A stretch of DNA of 43,321 bases from Nemertoderma westbladi (Eukaryota > Animalia > Xenacoelomorpha): positions 1 to 43,321 of the forward strand of contig JAUCBJ010008072.1 of assembly GCA_032718475.1 (NCBI GenBank), read 5' to 3'. Below the pieces are notes generated by a model. That model did no database searches. It was not told where the DNA came from and was given only the letters and a program-made list of their open reading frames with translations. Made by a program: the position numbers and the translations under genes. This document shows, one piece after another, positions 1 through 13,159 of the stretch. The stretch's first letter is position 1, and each line of letters begins with the position of its first letter.

Positions 1-1212
1 TCAGGAACTCAAATTAACAATAAAATAGTGAAATGTTAGGTTACATTTTTGAGTGTGTCTCTGCCATTCGTAAGACCATGATTTCTTGCCATAATACTGT
101 TAGAATTATAAATAATAATTTACTTTAAAATTAAATTACTAGAAATAAATTACTGAATTACTGATTAAACACTGGAAATCATTTGTGAGTTAGAGGGTAC
201 ACTGAGAGGCATTATTTAGAAGTCCATCAGTTCCAATACCGGTAGTATTGTAGGCCTATATCCTAACATACTCTAGAATTATAAAGAGTATGTGGTTTCA
301 TTAATCCAATAAGCTTTATGTAGAACTGCGACACGCGATGTCAATCATGGGAAGGCCGGCATGCAAGATCTATAAACAAACAGAGCCGCTGCGGAACAGT
401 CAGGGTGTTAGCCGGTTAGACCACAGTCAACCCAATCCAAAAGAACTTCTGAACTTGTAGTAAAGTTAAATGTATTTGCGGGATCCGAATCAACTAGAGT
501 ACCGGTACCTCTGATTTCAGCCTCCAATTTGCTCCTAAAGTTGTCAGGTCTGCGGGTTTTGGATTGCCAGCCACCAACAGACCAAGCCGTCAGAAGAATA
601 ATCCTGAAGAGAATATTTGCAGTTGGCCGCAGTTTCTGGTAGGTAACTCCATTACTGGTAGCCATGTGCTGATGTCAGGATGTGACAGAAACGTTAGCCA
701 TGGTAGTAAATCTCGAGCAAGGTGGGAACCGTAGATATGATCATCTCATTCTAGCCCGATGTACACAGCGGCATTGATACATGGATAGCTGGATAGTGCA
801 GCAATGGAAATGTACCTGTGGTATGTCTGTATGTCCTCCACTGACCTGTAACAAATTGTACACTTCTTGTAGTTGTTGTATATAAATACAAAATAATATT
901 GACAGTAATACCGGTACTGTAATACGGTCAACATCATGCCTGGGCCTAAGCCCCCTAAACTGCAAAAAGTCAATAAATACTAGGCATACTACACTAATAA
1001 ATAAATAGGCCTACTACTAAACTAATAAATAAATACTACCGGTACTAAACTAATAAAAAAAATACTAACTAAACTAATACTGTAAAATAAATAAATACTA
1101 CCGGTACCGGTACTAAACTAATAAATAAATACTGGTACTACTCTACTACGGACCGGTAAAACTATAAAATTTGTCTGTTTCAGTGTTTGTGAACTTACCA
1201 AAATCAGAAATA

Positions 1213-2935
1213 CCGTAAAATGGGGCTACTTTGCCCACTTGGCCCAAAGTTGATGGCGTCGACGGTTGTTAAATATGTCTATACTTTGAATAAAGTCAAT
1301 ATGAATGTATCCATAGGGTACTCCAGTAATTATTTTATGTGATAAAACTTTACTATGTAGCTTTTTTTTGTGTTTGCATATAGTTTTTTAAAAATTCCTG
1401 CATTGGGCAAAGTTGCCCCACTTGTGGACAACTTTGCCCATTACAGTTTTTTCATAGCAAATTACACCATTTTCGCCATATTTTCCCTAAACTTTGTCTT
1501 ACAATTTGTAGAATGTTCACTAGTTTAGGCAAAATTGACATAAATCAGGACAACTTTGCCCACTGGCAAGATTTAAAAAAAAAACCTAACCCAATTCACC
1601 ATCGCATAGTGAAATGGGAGGCATTACTGTATATATGAACATATATAACAAAGAACTTACACTAACAACAGACTAATGCCAGAATGCACAAACACTATTA
1701 AGAATATAATTTCATATTCATATAAGAAATATTTCATATAAACAAACTACAGTAGGCCTATATAAACAAAGTTGAAGCTCAGTTATTTAGAAAACAGTAT
1801 GCTAGAGTTCACGTTCCATGCACAAGCAGTTCAAAATCAAAACAATAGGCATAAGCTATACCGGTATATAGAGTTCAAGTTCACGATCAAAGAGTTCGAA
1901 AACAGGTTCAAGTTCACTTTGCGGGAGATCAAAATCAAAACAATAAGCTAGAGTTCCAGTTCACGATCCAAGAGTTCGAAAAGAGTTAAAGTTTACATTG
2001 CAGGAGTTTGAAATCAAAATGATAACCTGCTAGAGTTCAAGTTCACGATCCAGGAGTTCGATATCGAAATTCCAATCAGCGAACAATTCTATAGGACTGC
2101 TGTGACCACTCATTGGGCTAGCCGGTAATCTGGTAATATTTCATCAAAAGCACAAATAACTGCAATTGTCCCCTCACTGCTATCAGTGGCAGCAGACGTA
2201 TTACTATCATCATGGCTATCTGAGATATCAGGCCAGCATTCACTGCTAACAGATGAGTCAGAACTCAACACAATTTCATCATCAGACTGTTGTGGGAATA
2301 AATTCCTTCCTGCCCCTCTCCCAATCACCCCCTGCAACCTTTGACTGTGAGTATTTCCACGTCCTCGAGTACCCCGACCACGACCACGACTGCGCCCTCG
2401 ACCCCGATTTTGATTCTCCTTATCTTTCCTTTGAATGTATATGTCTTCGGCAGACACTGATTTACCAGCTGGTACATCCAATTTGTAACGTATTATATTG
2501 TATTAAATGTTAAGGTGGGCAAAGTTGTCCGCCTTTTATAAAATTTGGGTTTCGTTGCATAAAAGTAAATTTTACATCAAGTTGGTTAATCGTTGAGGAC
2601 TGAAGCTTTGATTTTATTATTGCTGAATAACTGTGAATTTGATATAAAACTGATTTGATGGTGTGGGGGGTTGACAAATAATTTTTGCAAGTTGAAGTTT
2701 GGGAGGTTAAAATTTTGTCATTTTTGATGAGCAACATAAACACGATGATAAATAAATTATTGTATATAATTATCACTGTAACGGTATACTCTTATAATCT
2801 CCAATTATTGTTCTACACAATAGTACAAAAATTAATAATTAATTAATTAATTAATTGGTGGCAAATACTGTTTATATTGACCAAGAAAAGATCGGGCAAA
2901 GTTACCCCACTGGGCAAAGTAGCCCCATTTTACGG
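1213..2935. mobile_element. Non-autonomous Tc1/mariner-superfamily (pogo-like) DNA transposon
   Basis: Perfect 25-bp TIRs CCGTAAAATGGGGCTACTTTGCCCA (1213-1237 and reverse complement 2911-2935) with TA on both sides (1211-1212, 2936-2937). The GGGCAAAGT/ACTTTGCCC motif recurs internally (~1405, ~1430, ~1555, ~2517, ~2894). Degenerate GAGTTCAAGTTCAC repeats lie at ~1800-2070. Confidence 0.9.
2110..2481 (-). pseudogene. Probable C-terminal remnant of a pogo-like transposase
   Basis: Lies inside the TIR element. VPAGKSVSAED followed by RG-rich and acidic Ser-rich tracts resembles the tail of pogo/DDE_1 transposases. No HTH or DDD domain remains. Confidence 0.5.
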
Positions 2936-3001
2936 TATAAGTTCTGATGTTCTGAAGTTTATAGGCCCATGACCATATCACATCACAGTATCTCTTACAG
3001 A

Positions 3002-3356
3002 AGGGCTAATAAAAAATTCGACTCGATTTTTCTCACGTAATTGACCATCCCGAATCCAACAAACAGTTTTTTTTTAATTATTTTAAATTCAATAGTACAC
3101 TCAAAATGTATCTTACACTTGATTTTGCTTTTCAAAATGTCGAAGCCAGGCCAGTAACCCCCCCCCCCCCCCCCCCAGTATTTTTTCTAATATTTTTTTT
3201 ACCGTGCAGTTATGTTGTTGTTGGCCTTATCTTGTTTGTTCGCTTTGAAATAGTTAATGTTTGATTTATATTATTTGATTTGTTTGTACACGATTGATTT
3301 GTACACGAAGTTGGGCCTTCGAGCAGTACGTGAGATAAATTTATGTCAAGCCCCTA
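3002..3356. mobile_element. Possible degenerate MITE
   Basis: Imperfect inverted ends: AGGGCT...ATTTTTCTCACGTA on the left versus TACGTGAGATAAAT...AGCCCCT on the right. No clear TSD. Confidence 0.3.
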
Positions 3357-3661
3357 ACAGTGTCAGTTCGTTTCACTTACTCCATGGCTTGCCTCACAAA
3401 CCACGTTGCGAATTGTAGGCCCCTATATATATAGCCACTCCAATGTAACACATGATTTTAACGAGAATTCTACATTCAGATATGGTGCCTTTTTGGTACA
3501 AATCAAGTTAATATTACGTCCACGCCGTCGAAAATACGTTAAGACCAGATCCATCCAATTTCGACGTCGAATTCACGTAAATAGGGCGGCCAAAGTTACA
3601 TAGATTCAACGTAGATATTTGATTGAACACGATTGAGTTGAATTAACACCCACCCCACCCC

Positions 3662-4079
3662 ACCCCACCCGCACTTAGTACTGTGGTTAATTTAATCCCG
3701 GCCCCACTCCACCCGCACTTAGTACTGTGGTTAATTTAACCCCGGCTCCACTCCACCCGCACTTAGTACTGTGGTCAATTTAACCCCCGCCCCACTCCAC
3801 CTGCACTTAGTAATGTGGTTTATTTAACCCCCGCCCCACTCCACCCGCACTTAGTACTGTGGTTAATTTAACCCCCGCCCCACTCGACCTGCACTTAGTA
3901 CTGTGGTTAATTTAACCCTTGCCTACTCCACCCACACTTAGTACTGTGGTTAATTTAACCCCCGCCCCACTCCACCCGCACTTAGTACTGTGGTTAATTT
4001 AACACCTGCCAAACCCCGCCCGCACTTAGTACTGTGGTTAATTTAACCCCCGCCCCACTCCACCCGCACTTAGTACTGT
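3662..4079. repeat. 44-bp minisatellite, ~10 copies
   Basis: Unit CACTTAGTACTGTGGTTAATTTAACCCCCGCCCCACTCCACCCG starts at 3672, 3716, 3760 and onward. No spacers. Confidence 0.95.
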
Positions 4080-4245
4080 TGACAAACAACTGATTTCTGA
4101 CAACCGACAGCAGACAAACCATAGGTGACTACTGATAACCGACAGCAGACAACGGAAAGCAAACAACCGACAAAAGACAACCAACAACATACAACCGACA
4201 AGAGAGAACCCATACCAAACAAGCAAAAGCAGAAAACTGACATAT
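4080..4245. repeat. Low-complexity (AACCGACAG/CAGAC)-like degenerate repeat
   Basis: Repeated ACCGACAG/GACAAC words. A related tract occurs at ~35312-35400. Confidence 0.7.
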
Positions 4246-4267
4246 CGTAACACCTAGACTTTAATAT

Positions 4268-5021
4268 TTAAACATTTTTTAATTCGAGGGAATACTTTAA
4301 TTTGGGTGTTCTTTGGGTTATGAGGTTGGGCGTTGTTTGGGTTACGAGGTTGGGTGTTGTTTGGGTTAGGATGATCGGCGTTGTAAGTTGTAAGTTTAAA
4401 TTTGAGTGTGACGAACAAGCCTCGTCGAACAAAATGAATTCATTATTGATGTTTCCTTTCAAAAGTTACATTAATTACATTTTTACATTAAATGTTAAAA
4501 GCATATTGAGAAAGTTTTAAATTAAAATTTAATAGTATTTTTCAAATCATTGGTTTTTAAGATTAAAAGCCATTTTCTATTATTTAAAATATTTTTTCAA
4601 AATATTTATATTTAATGACTTACGTCGATTGGTTGGAGTTGTCGGTACTTTGGGCAGCTCGCATACGTAGGCCCGTTGTCGGAGGCAGTGGTCGTCGGAC
4701 CAGCAGCTCCCCTGCACCCGGAAGACGACGCAGTCGGCGTTGGTAGTGACGCCGCCCCAGGGTTTATCGTTGGGCTCCTCCACGCACCAGAAGGGGTCGG
4801 TATCCAGCGGGCTGCGGTCCGACCACACGAAGTCCCCTTCGTTCTCGCTGTCTGTCAACCCGATCCACGCGTCCTTGTCGCCTTTGATCGCGGAGATCAG
4901 CTCGAAGTATTGCTCGTGGCTCTTTCGGTTGGGCCAATTGGCCTCCCAGATCGGCGCAAGCGGTGGCCGCATCCGCGAAGTTCTTACGTTCCAGAATATA
5001 AACCATATCGTATTCGGCAGA
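4268..5021 (-). pseudogene. Spliced C-type lectin domain gene with Thr/Pro-rich tail; 1-bp frameshift
   Basis: Exon 5021-4624 has acceptor tttccttatAG and donor GTAAGT. It reads SAEYDMVYILERKNFADAATACADLGGQLAQPK, then a frameshift at ~4921, then SHEQYF...AWIGLTD...EGDFVWSD...W...EEPND...DCV...WSDDHC...YVCE. These are the canonical CTLD motifs (WIGL, EPN, WND-like WSD, 4 Cys). A phase-1 splice to exon 4455-4268 (TQTTPN repeats) is frame-consistent. A small upstream exon at ~5119-5168 is possible. Confidence 0.85.
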
Positions 5022-5646
5022 CTATAAGGAAATTAAATTCATTAATTATTTATTTTCATGACTAAATAAATCTCTGAAAGTCTATTTTACGGCACAACAA
5101 TAAAAACATTTAGTTTACCAACCCGATTCAGTATTCTCCTCCCCGCCGTTGATGAAGATGTCCTCTAGCTGTTCAATTAAGAATTCCGCAGTTATCAGGT
5201 TGTAGATAAAACGACACATGTGTGTAATTCTGTGTTATCATAAGCGAACCGTAATCGACTTGTCATGTGGTATAATAATTTATTACATGAGCGTAGAATT
5301 ACACTTCATTGGACATAGTTAATTTTAAACCAATAATGAATTTATTTATATATCAAATACTACCACTTTCTATTGCAAATATGTCTAATATGAAGTCTTC
5401 CCTACATAATGCGTAATTATGGTGATACAGCTGATTCTCACTTTCAATACATATATATTAAAAAATTTACAACAAAATCTATGTATTCCAATTACTTTAT
5501 ATATTATAAATTAATTACTACAACACAATACTTTTGTTTTACAATAAATTATTATTAGTACAAAATATGTATATCTAATCATTTTTGCATTACTTTTCAA
5601 AGCACATTGTATAATTTTACGATAATTTTTCTAAAATTATTTTTAA

Positions 5647-6226
5647 CCCTTTCGCACCTAAAGCAAGATTTTATTTGTGGCCCAAAAGTCTAAACTAAAA
5701 TCATAAATATTAAATTTGTCAATCTTTCTGTCTTGTTGTCTGTCAAGACAAAGAAGAATACAAAATAACTAACATTCTCGCTCTGGAGATTTTACAGGTT
5801 GGTGATTTCATTTCTGATGTAAGTTTTCACTTTTACATAAATTAGTCTGTTTCTATGTCTGTCAGTCTTTCTGTCAATCGGTCTGTCAAAACTAAAAAAG
5901 AATACAAACTAACATTCTCGCTATGGGGTTTTAAGGGGTACTGAGTTAATTTCTGATGTCAGTTTTCTCGTTTACATAAATCTCTGTATGTCTATCTGTC
6001 TTTCTATCATTAAGTCAGTCAGTCTGTCAAAACTTAAAAAGAGAATACAAAGTAACTAACATTCTCGCTATGGTGGTTTTAAAGGTTGCTGATTTTACTT
6101 CTGATGTCAGTTTACACGTTTACATATATCTAGTCTGTCTGTCTGTCAGTCTGTGATGCATTTCGCATAGGCCTGTGTCATAGCCATAGTAGTGACGCAT
6201 ACGCATGCGTCATAGGTGCGAAAAGT
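5647..6226. mobile_element. Non-autonomous piggyBac-like element
   Basis: TTAA on both sides (5643-5646, 6227-6230). 14-bp TIR CCCTTTCGCACCTA / TAGGTGCGAAAAGT has 2 mismatches. Three internal ~145-bp degenerate repeats (AATACAAA..CTAACATTCTCGCT..TTCTGATGT). Confidence 0.8.
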
Positions 6227-7890
6227 TTAAATAAATTTTGTATTTTAAGCAGTTTAAAGACAGTAGAAAAAATTTAAATGTTAATTTCTGTACAATTTCC
6301 ATATAACAATATTACAACAAACCCCGGAATATAGTGTCATAATTCTATGATATGACCCCACCCCCTCATTTTTTTTTTACAAATCTTAATAAAATAACAT
6401 TAGATTTCTAACAGAAATTATTTCAACTCCCGACCAATTTCTCAGTAATCCAGAATTTTTAGCCTACAAGGTTACAATATAATTGCAATATGAAACTGCA
6501 TAAATATCACCATGCACACTTTTTTATACGTCTATAGCTAAAGATTGAATGGAAAAATAAAAATTGTTATTAACACAATAAATAGTCGGGAAGTTAAACT
6601 ATCTCCTTGATATATACGTAATTTTATAGAATGACAAATATGAGTTAACATATTTTTTCCTTTCAAAAAATTGCATACTTTTCAAAATTATACAACTAAT
6701 TTGATACTAAACTAGGTAATCTTATTAGTTGTAATAACTCCAACGTACAACATCTCCAACTATTTTTATACAATAAAACCACCATTAAATCTTTCTTTTT
6801 TATACATCATTATAAAACAAAACAAAAGTAGTGCAAAATAAAATTTTGAAGTAAATTACACTAAATTACTAGATCTAAATTTGTTGAACTAAATTAATTA
6901 CTATATTAAAACAATAATGGGAAACTTTTTTACAAAAAAAACCCAACGATCAGCCACAATCCCGTCCGTCCGCGCCAGTTTCCCCACCATTAACACAAAG
7001 CCACTCTGCTACCAAACATCCAGCTCCAATATCACCTCCACCACAGATAGAACAGTACCCAGTCGCCTTTGGTCCGACAGTCGATGATTCAGCTCCGTCT
7101 ACTCCGACAATACAAAATCAATCTGCTACGAATCAACCACCTCTATTACCAGCTCCACAGATAGGACAGTACCCAGTCGCCTTTGGTCCGACAGTCGATG
7201 GTTCAGCTCCGTCTACTCCGACAATACAAAATCACTCTGCTACGAATCAACCACCTCTATTACCAGCTCCACAGATAGGACAGTACCCAGTCGCCTTTGG
7301 TCCGACAGTCGATGGTTCAGCTCCGTCTACTCCGACAATACAAAATCACTCTGCTACGAATCAACCACCTCTATTACCAGCTCCACAGATAGGACAGTAC
7401 CCAGTCGCCTTTGGTCCGACAGTCAATGGTTCAGCTCCGTCTACTCCGACAATACAAAATCACTCTGCTACGAATCAACCACCTCCTTTACCTGCTCCAC
7501 AGATAGGACAGTACCCAGTCGCCTTTGTTCCGACAGTCTATGGTTCACCTCCGACAATACAAAATCACTCTGCTACGAATCAACCACCTCCATTACCAGC
7601 TCCACAGATAGGACAGTACCCAGTCGCCTTTGGTCCGACAGTCGATGGTTCAGCTCCGTCTACTCCAACAATACACAATCACTCTGCTACGAATCAACCA
7701 CCTCCATTACCAGCTCCACAGATAGGACAGTACCCAGTCGCCTTTGGTCCGACAGTCGATGGTTCAGCTCCGTCTACTCCGACAATACACAATCACTCTG
7801 CTACGAATCAACCACCTCCATTACCAGCTCCACAGATAGGACAGTACCCAGTCGCCTTTGGTCCGACAGTCGATGGTTCAGCTCCGTCTA

Positions 7891-10800
7891 TGTAAAAGCT
7901 TCTGTGGGATGTAACTGGCCCTTCGCCCCGCAACCCAGTTTTTCCCCCATACGCTAAAATACTCTGAAACCTACTGTAAAGGTTTTTCTGGGATATGACT
8001 GATTTGTTTTCTTTGATAACCAGTTCCCCCCTCCAAGGCGTTGGAATCCTTTAAGAGGGATCTGAGCTGTTCGATTGGCCAGCCGGCTTGGGAAGGTTGC
8101 CCTAGTTACCCATAGCCCTGCGTTGAGTTAGTTCTGATTTCGACCAATCCCGAGCTACTGAACTGAAATTATCCTGTCTCACTGCTGATTACATGTGTTG
8201 AACGGGATTCTTGGAAAATAAGAGAGCTAAAGTCACGGGACTTTTTGTTATGATTTTAAGACTTTATTATCAGTGTTTTAAGACCGTGTTGAAATAGCGA
8301 AATGTTTTCTGCCTTTTTATAAGAACATTAGTAGGCTAAATTATAGAAAGCATAGCTATTATCTTACCAATTCCAAACAAACAAACGATTCAATGCAATC
8401 TAATTATATCTTAACCTACCGTCATACTGCTTTTACTGTTTGTAATTTTGTATCAGTATAATTGGATGTTATTAGTTGAAGAATATCAATAATCAACCCA
8501 CAATTTTCCCAATATCCTTGATACACTACAGGTTAGAGAGAAGGGTTATGTACAACAATTGCGACTTTATTATTGTGTTTGTAGTGAATCTAATGTTGTT
8601 TGACAGACACTACCTGAGTCCAGTGCATATCTCTTTATACCTGATCAAAGTCAGTAACTGTCGGCATATCAGTGAGCAGTGTTGTGCGTTACCGGTAGCG
8701 TGCGTGATTGTAAAGTGATTTGGATCTGATAATAAAGCATTCCTAAAGAATGCGCCCTATGCTTGAAATTTAAGCCATATCGTTGTGTGTAATATCAGTC
8801 ATAACTCTGTTTACATAGGTAGAGCGCCACGTCCTAAAAGGAACTGCTAATATTTCCCGAAAGTGAATAATATTTGTCAGAGATTATATATTAGTAATCA
8901 ATCGAATAATACAGTAGGCTTGACCGCAAATAAATTTAAGCCCACGAATCCAGTCTCCCGGTGTTATAAACGGGTCATTTGGACGCGCATGGACTGGCTT
9001 CGGCTAATGTTTTTGGTTTGTTTTGTATTAAATCTTATCATCTTAAAAAAGGCAGATTATCAATAAAGACATATAAATTTCGGCAGGTTAAACTGCTGAA
9101 GGTCTATAAAAGCGCGTACAATAATAGCTATCGATCTTATTTGCGGTAAGCAATAAGATTGAAAGGTACCGGTACATCAGAACCGGTACCAGTAGGTCAG
9201 TAGGCCCAACTGTCATAACCGGTACTATTACCGTAGGTCCGTAGGCCCAACTGTCATAACCGGTACTGCTGTGCAAGTACATTAGTATTATTTCGATTGT
9301 GATATAGTGTATATTGTAGGCTGCTAGGGGATTAGGGATTGATCACCCCTCATTCTTCTGTACAGTTTACTTATTTCTGTCGATTTTATTCACGTGTAAG
9401 TTAGTATTGAGCCGAAGACGTGTAAGTCTGCTCAGATTGTTCAGATCATTGAGGCTAGACTGTTGTCTGACTGTTGTTAGGCTTGAAGATTACAGCGTGT
9501 GTAGAGAGTCTGATAGGTGCCAGTTAGTAAGTTGGGGCAACTCGTAAGTTGTAAGGTCAACCCCCATAAAGAATAAGCCGCGCTACCTTATTAGCACGCA
9601 TACTCACTAACAAGTTTCGGAATCTGCATATACTGTGGTTATTTAGGCTTGATAGTAGTCCGTCAGCGTTTATACTGTACTGTCTGTATAGTCCGTTCAG
9701 ATACCGTAATAGTATTATTTAGATATTTTGTAGGCTGGATTGTTGCCTAGCTGTTGTTGGGTCTGAAGAGATTGCCGCGTGTGTAGAGAGTCTGATAGAT
9801 GCCAGTTAGTAAGTTGGGGCAACTCGTAAGTTGTAAGGTCAACCCCCATAAAGAATAAGCCGCGCTACCGTATTAGCACGCATACTCACTAACAAGTTTC
9901 GGAATCTGCACATCCTGTGGTTTATTTGGGCTTAATGGTAGTTTGTCAGCATCCGGTTTGTATTTTATTTGAGTATTCTGTACGGGTAGCGTAATATTTA
10001 TTATTCAGAGTTTATGCGATTACTCGCAACATTCATGTCCCCAAGTTTATTCCTACAGTAATTGTGTTTGTTATACATACCGTTATAGTTAAATTAACCC
10101 CAGTACTACACGGGCTGCTTGGCGTAGGTAAAGACTGGTGACTTAGTGCCCCGGTCACTCCAGCAGATGCTGTGGTTCTTTTAACTGTTCAAGTATATTT
10201 AACTACTGGTTATCTGTTTTTACAAGTACCTGTACCTAATTTAGGGTTTAATTTAGTTTAATAGAGTTAATTTAGGGAAAAATAAGAGAGCTAAAGTCAC
10301 GGGACTTTTTGTTATGATTTTAAGACTTTATTATCAGTGTTTTAAGACCGTGTTGAAATAGCGAAATGTTTTCTGCCTTTTTATAAGAACATTAGTAGGC
10401 TAAATTATAGAAAGCATAGCTATTATCTTACCAATTCCAAACAAACAAACGATTCAATGCAATCTAATTATATCTTAACCTACCGTCATACTGCTTTTAC
10501 TGTTTGTAATTTTGTATCAGTATAATTGGATGTTATTAGTTGAAGAATATCAATAATCAACCCACAATTTTCCCAATATCCTTGATACACTACAGGTTAG
10601 AGAGAAGGGTTATGTACAACAATTGCGACTTTATTATTGTGTTTGTAGTGAATCTAATGTTGTTTGACAGACACTACCTGAGTCCAGTGCATATCTCTTT
10701 ATACCTGATCAAAGTCAGTAACTGTCGGCATATCAGTGAGCAGTGTTGTGCGTTACCGGTAGCGTGCGTGATTGTAAAGTGATTTGGATCTGATAATAAA

Positions 10801-11184
10801 GCATTCCTAAAGAATGCGCCCTATGCTTGAAATTTAAGCCATATCGTTGTGTGTAATATCAGTCATAACTCTGTTTACATAGGTAGAGCGCCACGTCCTA
10901 AAAGGAACTGCTAATATTTCCCGAAAGTGAATAATATTTGTCAGAGATTATATATTAGTAATCAATCGAATAATACAGTAGGCTTGACCGCAAATAAATT
11001 TAAGCCCACGAATCCAGTCTCCCGGTGTTATAAACGGGTCATTTGGACGCGCATGGACTGGCTTCGGCTAATGTTTTTGGTTTGTTTTGTATTAAATCTT
11101 ATCATCTTAAAAAAGGCAGATTATCAATAAAGACATATAAATTTCGGCAGGTTAAACTGCTGAAGGTCTATAAAAGCGCGTACA
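7891..11184 (+). mobile_element. Non-coding LTR-retrotransposon-like element (deleted derivative)
   Basis: Starts TGTA and ends TACA. A 5-bp TSD GTCTA (7886-7890, 11185-11189) sits exactly where the 114-bp array is interrupted. A ~906-bp direct repeat (8215-9120 = 10279-11184) has AATAAA ~55 bp before each ACA end. An internal ~145-bp duplication lies at ~9496 and ~9777. No gag/pol. Confidence 0.85.
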
Positions 11185-11471
11185 GTCTACTCCGACAAAA
11201 CAAAATCACTCTGCTACGAATCAACCACCTCCATTACCAGCTCCACAGATAGGACAGTACCCAGTCGCCTTTGGTCCGACAGTCGATGGTTCAGCTCCAT
11301 CTACTCCGACAATACAAAATCACTCTGCTACGAATCAACCACCTCCATTACCAGCTCCACAGATAGGACAGTACCCAGTCGCCTTTGGTCCGACAGTCGA
11401 TGGTTCAGCTCCGTCTACTCCGACAATACAAAATCACTCTGCTACGAATCAACCACCTCCATTACCAGCTC

Positions 11472-13159
11472 CCCAGTTAAACATGAGTATGTGTTTCATA
11501 TATGGTTGCCATAAATAATTCGACATGTGATACATATATGTAAATGTTAGTGTTGTCAAATGTGATCCATATGTGGAATGTTCACATGTGATACACATAT
11601 GTTTTTCATGTGACAAGTGCGACAAAAAGAGTAAAAATTTAAACAGACCGACCAATCACTGGTGTTGGTCTGCATTTCCTATAGAGAGGTGGGGGGGGGG
11701 GGGGGGTAGCCTACCTCAGTACCTTATCCAATCCTACACCCTATCCTACGGCCCTACACCTACCCTATATATTTAGAGAAGGAAGCATCGGAGTATATAT
11801 GAAAATACTTAATCCATAGTGATATGAGAGTATCCTTAATAGATTTTGGTGATGATCCGTAAATTCATATTCTATTAGTTAGATTTAATTAAGTTATCTA
11901 ATTTTAAGCTATAATAGATTATTCATTTTGATAAATCTTCGAAAATTAATTAATTCTAAGATCATATAATTGCTCATATGATATTTTATATCTAATTTTA
12001 AGACATCTTTTCCATACAACATATATATACCACATATGAAACATATGTTCAATTTTTAACGGGATAAGAACTGCAATAGGGCTGCCTACCATACAGATGG
12101 TATAGTGCATGTATGTTATCTGTCTATGTCTGTACCCCTTACTGATACTTAGCAGCGCAGATGACAATGCACAACCACAACCTGACAAGTGGAAACCACC
12201 GTACAGCCATACATATGTTTGTCTAATTCTGTTAAAACAGCACTGTACAATGCACATGCACAGCACAATGTGCATAGTGCAAGGCAGAAAGCAGGCAAGT
12301 CACACACTGCATCACTGAACAATTGAGTGGACTATGATAAGCGGTAGGCTTGTGCAACGCATTATGCTGTTATGGGTAAAATATAAAATAATTTGCGATT
12401 CACTAGCCAAACTGCAAGCAACACTGACGTGGTTAAGAAGAAAGATTGCAGGATCAGACTATGAAATGCCTATCATTTTAAGAATGTGTCCCACCACCAG
12501 CCCTCAAATGCAATAAACAAAACAATTGGACGATCGAGACTATATATGGTTACTTCAATTTAGTGTCCATACAGCCTTCACAGATCATTTAAATCTTATA
12601 GCAGGCTTATGTATTGACTATACATTATATGGTTAAATAGCAGGTACTTTGAAAATACAGTATAACAAAAAATATAGATTCAACGTATTATACTGCTGAT
12701 TAAAACGATATTTGTTCTTAATGCAAAAAGCTGAGTAGTGACATCAACAAATTCCGCATCCCCCCTCGCTATTCTTTTCTGTACATGTATTACTGTAAGG
12801 CCTGTATTACCATAAGGCAAACATGTGTGCAACATATAAAATCCATGAACTGGATTACACAATTACGAATTGAATAGTTTATGGATTTAAATTTAACTTC
12901 GGAGTCTTGGCTATGGCTATTTCACATATGCTCGACATATATTATTCACATGCGCATTCTCACACATTTATTTATGATAAATTCATATGTTCAACATATA
13001 AATACCATAAATGGCGATACACACATTCTAAGTGTATGTAACACCGCATGCGTGACATGTATTATTCATACATGAGCATAAAAACCCAATTTCAAGACAC
13101 ACCTATTCCATACAACATATATATACCACATATGAAACATAAGTTCATGTTTAACTGGG
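11472..13159. mobile_element. Non-autonomous EnSpm/CACTA-type (CMC) DNA transposon
   Basis: TIR CCCAGTTAAACATGA / TCATGTTTAACTGGG extends imperfectly to ~35 bp. The 2-bp TSD TC is deduced from the host repeat CCAGCTCCACAG. CACAT/ATGTG-rich subterminal motifs are present, with an internal TIR-like copy at ~12010-12063. Confidence 0.88.

Noticed and set aside
408-665. 85-aa ORF as a real gene
   Set aside because: No recognisable motif. It may be a decayed exon but cannot be supported.
4676-5065. Plus-strand ORFs over the lectin
   Set aside because: These are antisense shadows of a GC-rich exon.
8476-11252. Duplicated 80-aa and 67-aa ORFs
   Set aside because: They have non-ATG starts and no domain, and their identity only reflects the 906-bp direct repeat.
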